DNA of 64,000 nt, taken from positions 416,001 to 480,000 of the forward strand of contig CAWGMQ010000007.1 in NCBI GenBank assembly GCA_963823665.1, read 5' to 3'. Origin of the DNA: an uncultured Planctomycetota bacterium (GTDB lineage Bacteria > Planctomycetota > Planctomycetia > Isosphaerales > Isosphaeraceae). Positions 62,135 through 64,000 of this stretch are shown here, one piece after another. The notes under the pieces are model-generated. The model did not search any database. It was not told the DNA's origin and saw only the letters and a list, made by a program, of their open reading frames with translations. The translations under genes were made by a program, and so were the position numbers. Numbering within the stretch: position 1 is the stretch's first letter; each line of letters starts with the position of its first letter.

Positions 62135-64000
<1,866 letters not shown>

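Overview
High-GC bacterial DNA, very likely Planctomycetota (DUF1559, DUF1501, a LEPRxLL-type protein, a MoxR/vWA/prenyltransferase cluster; an Isosphaeraceae-like origin is inferred). Many genes, including essential ligA, are split by single-base indels, so most frameshifts are probably long-read errors. Layout: (1) 1-3050, a methyltransferase, a MITE-like element and a scrambled partial duplicate of the next operon around a PLP enzyme. (2) 3085-7646, a gluconolactonase/NHL/Zn-dehydrogenase/MFS cluster. (3) 7750-20730, the most striking feature: seven tandem paralogous secreted ~455-470 aa proteins of unknown function at ~1.47 kb periodicity, each ending in a pilin/GspG-like module, apparently co-transcribed with DUF1800-DUF1501. 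(4) 20770-27000, a candidate sRNA, CBS, rsmD, a Tat epimerase, an M28 peptidase and TIGR03032. (5) 27000-33800, an accessory patch with a PemK toxin and an unusual partner, orphan DUF2442, TPR and HipA/YjjJ relics, and an STGP-motif gene with DNA-level repeats. (6) 34034-53757, a 12-gene MoxR/DUF58/vWA envelope operon ending in rfbB. (7) A LEPRxLL protein, DUF1559, galM-gdh-kdgK, an M24 peptidase, a His/Met/Gly-rich protein and ligA. No rRNA, tRNA, CRISPR, integrase or transposase was seen. Family calls come from motif recognition by eye, not from database searches.
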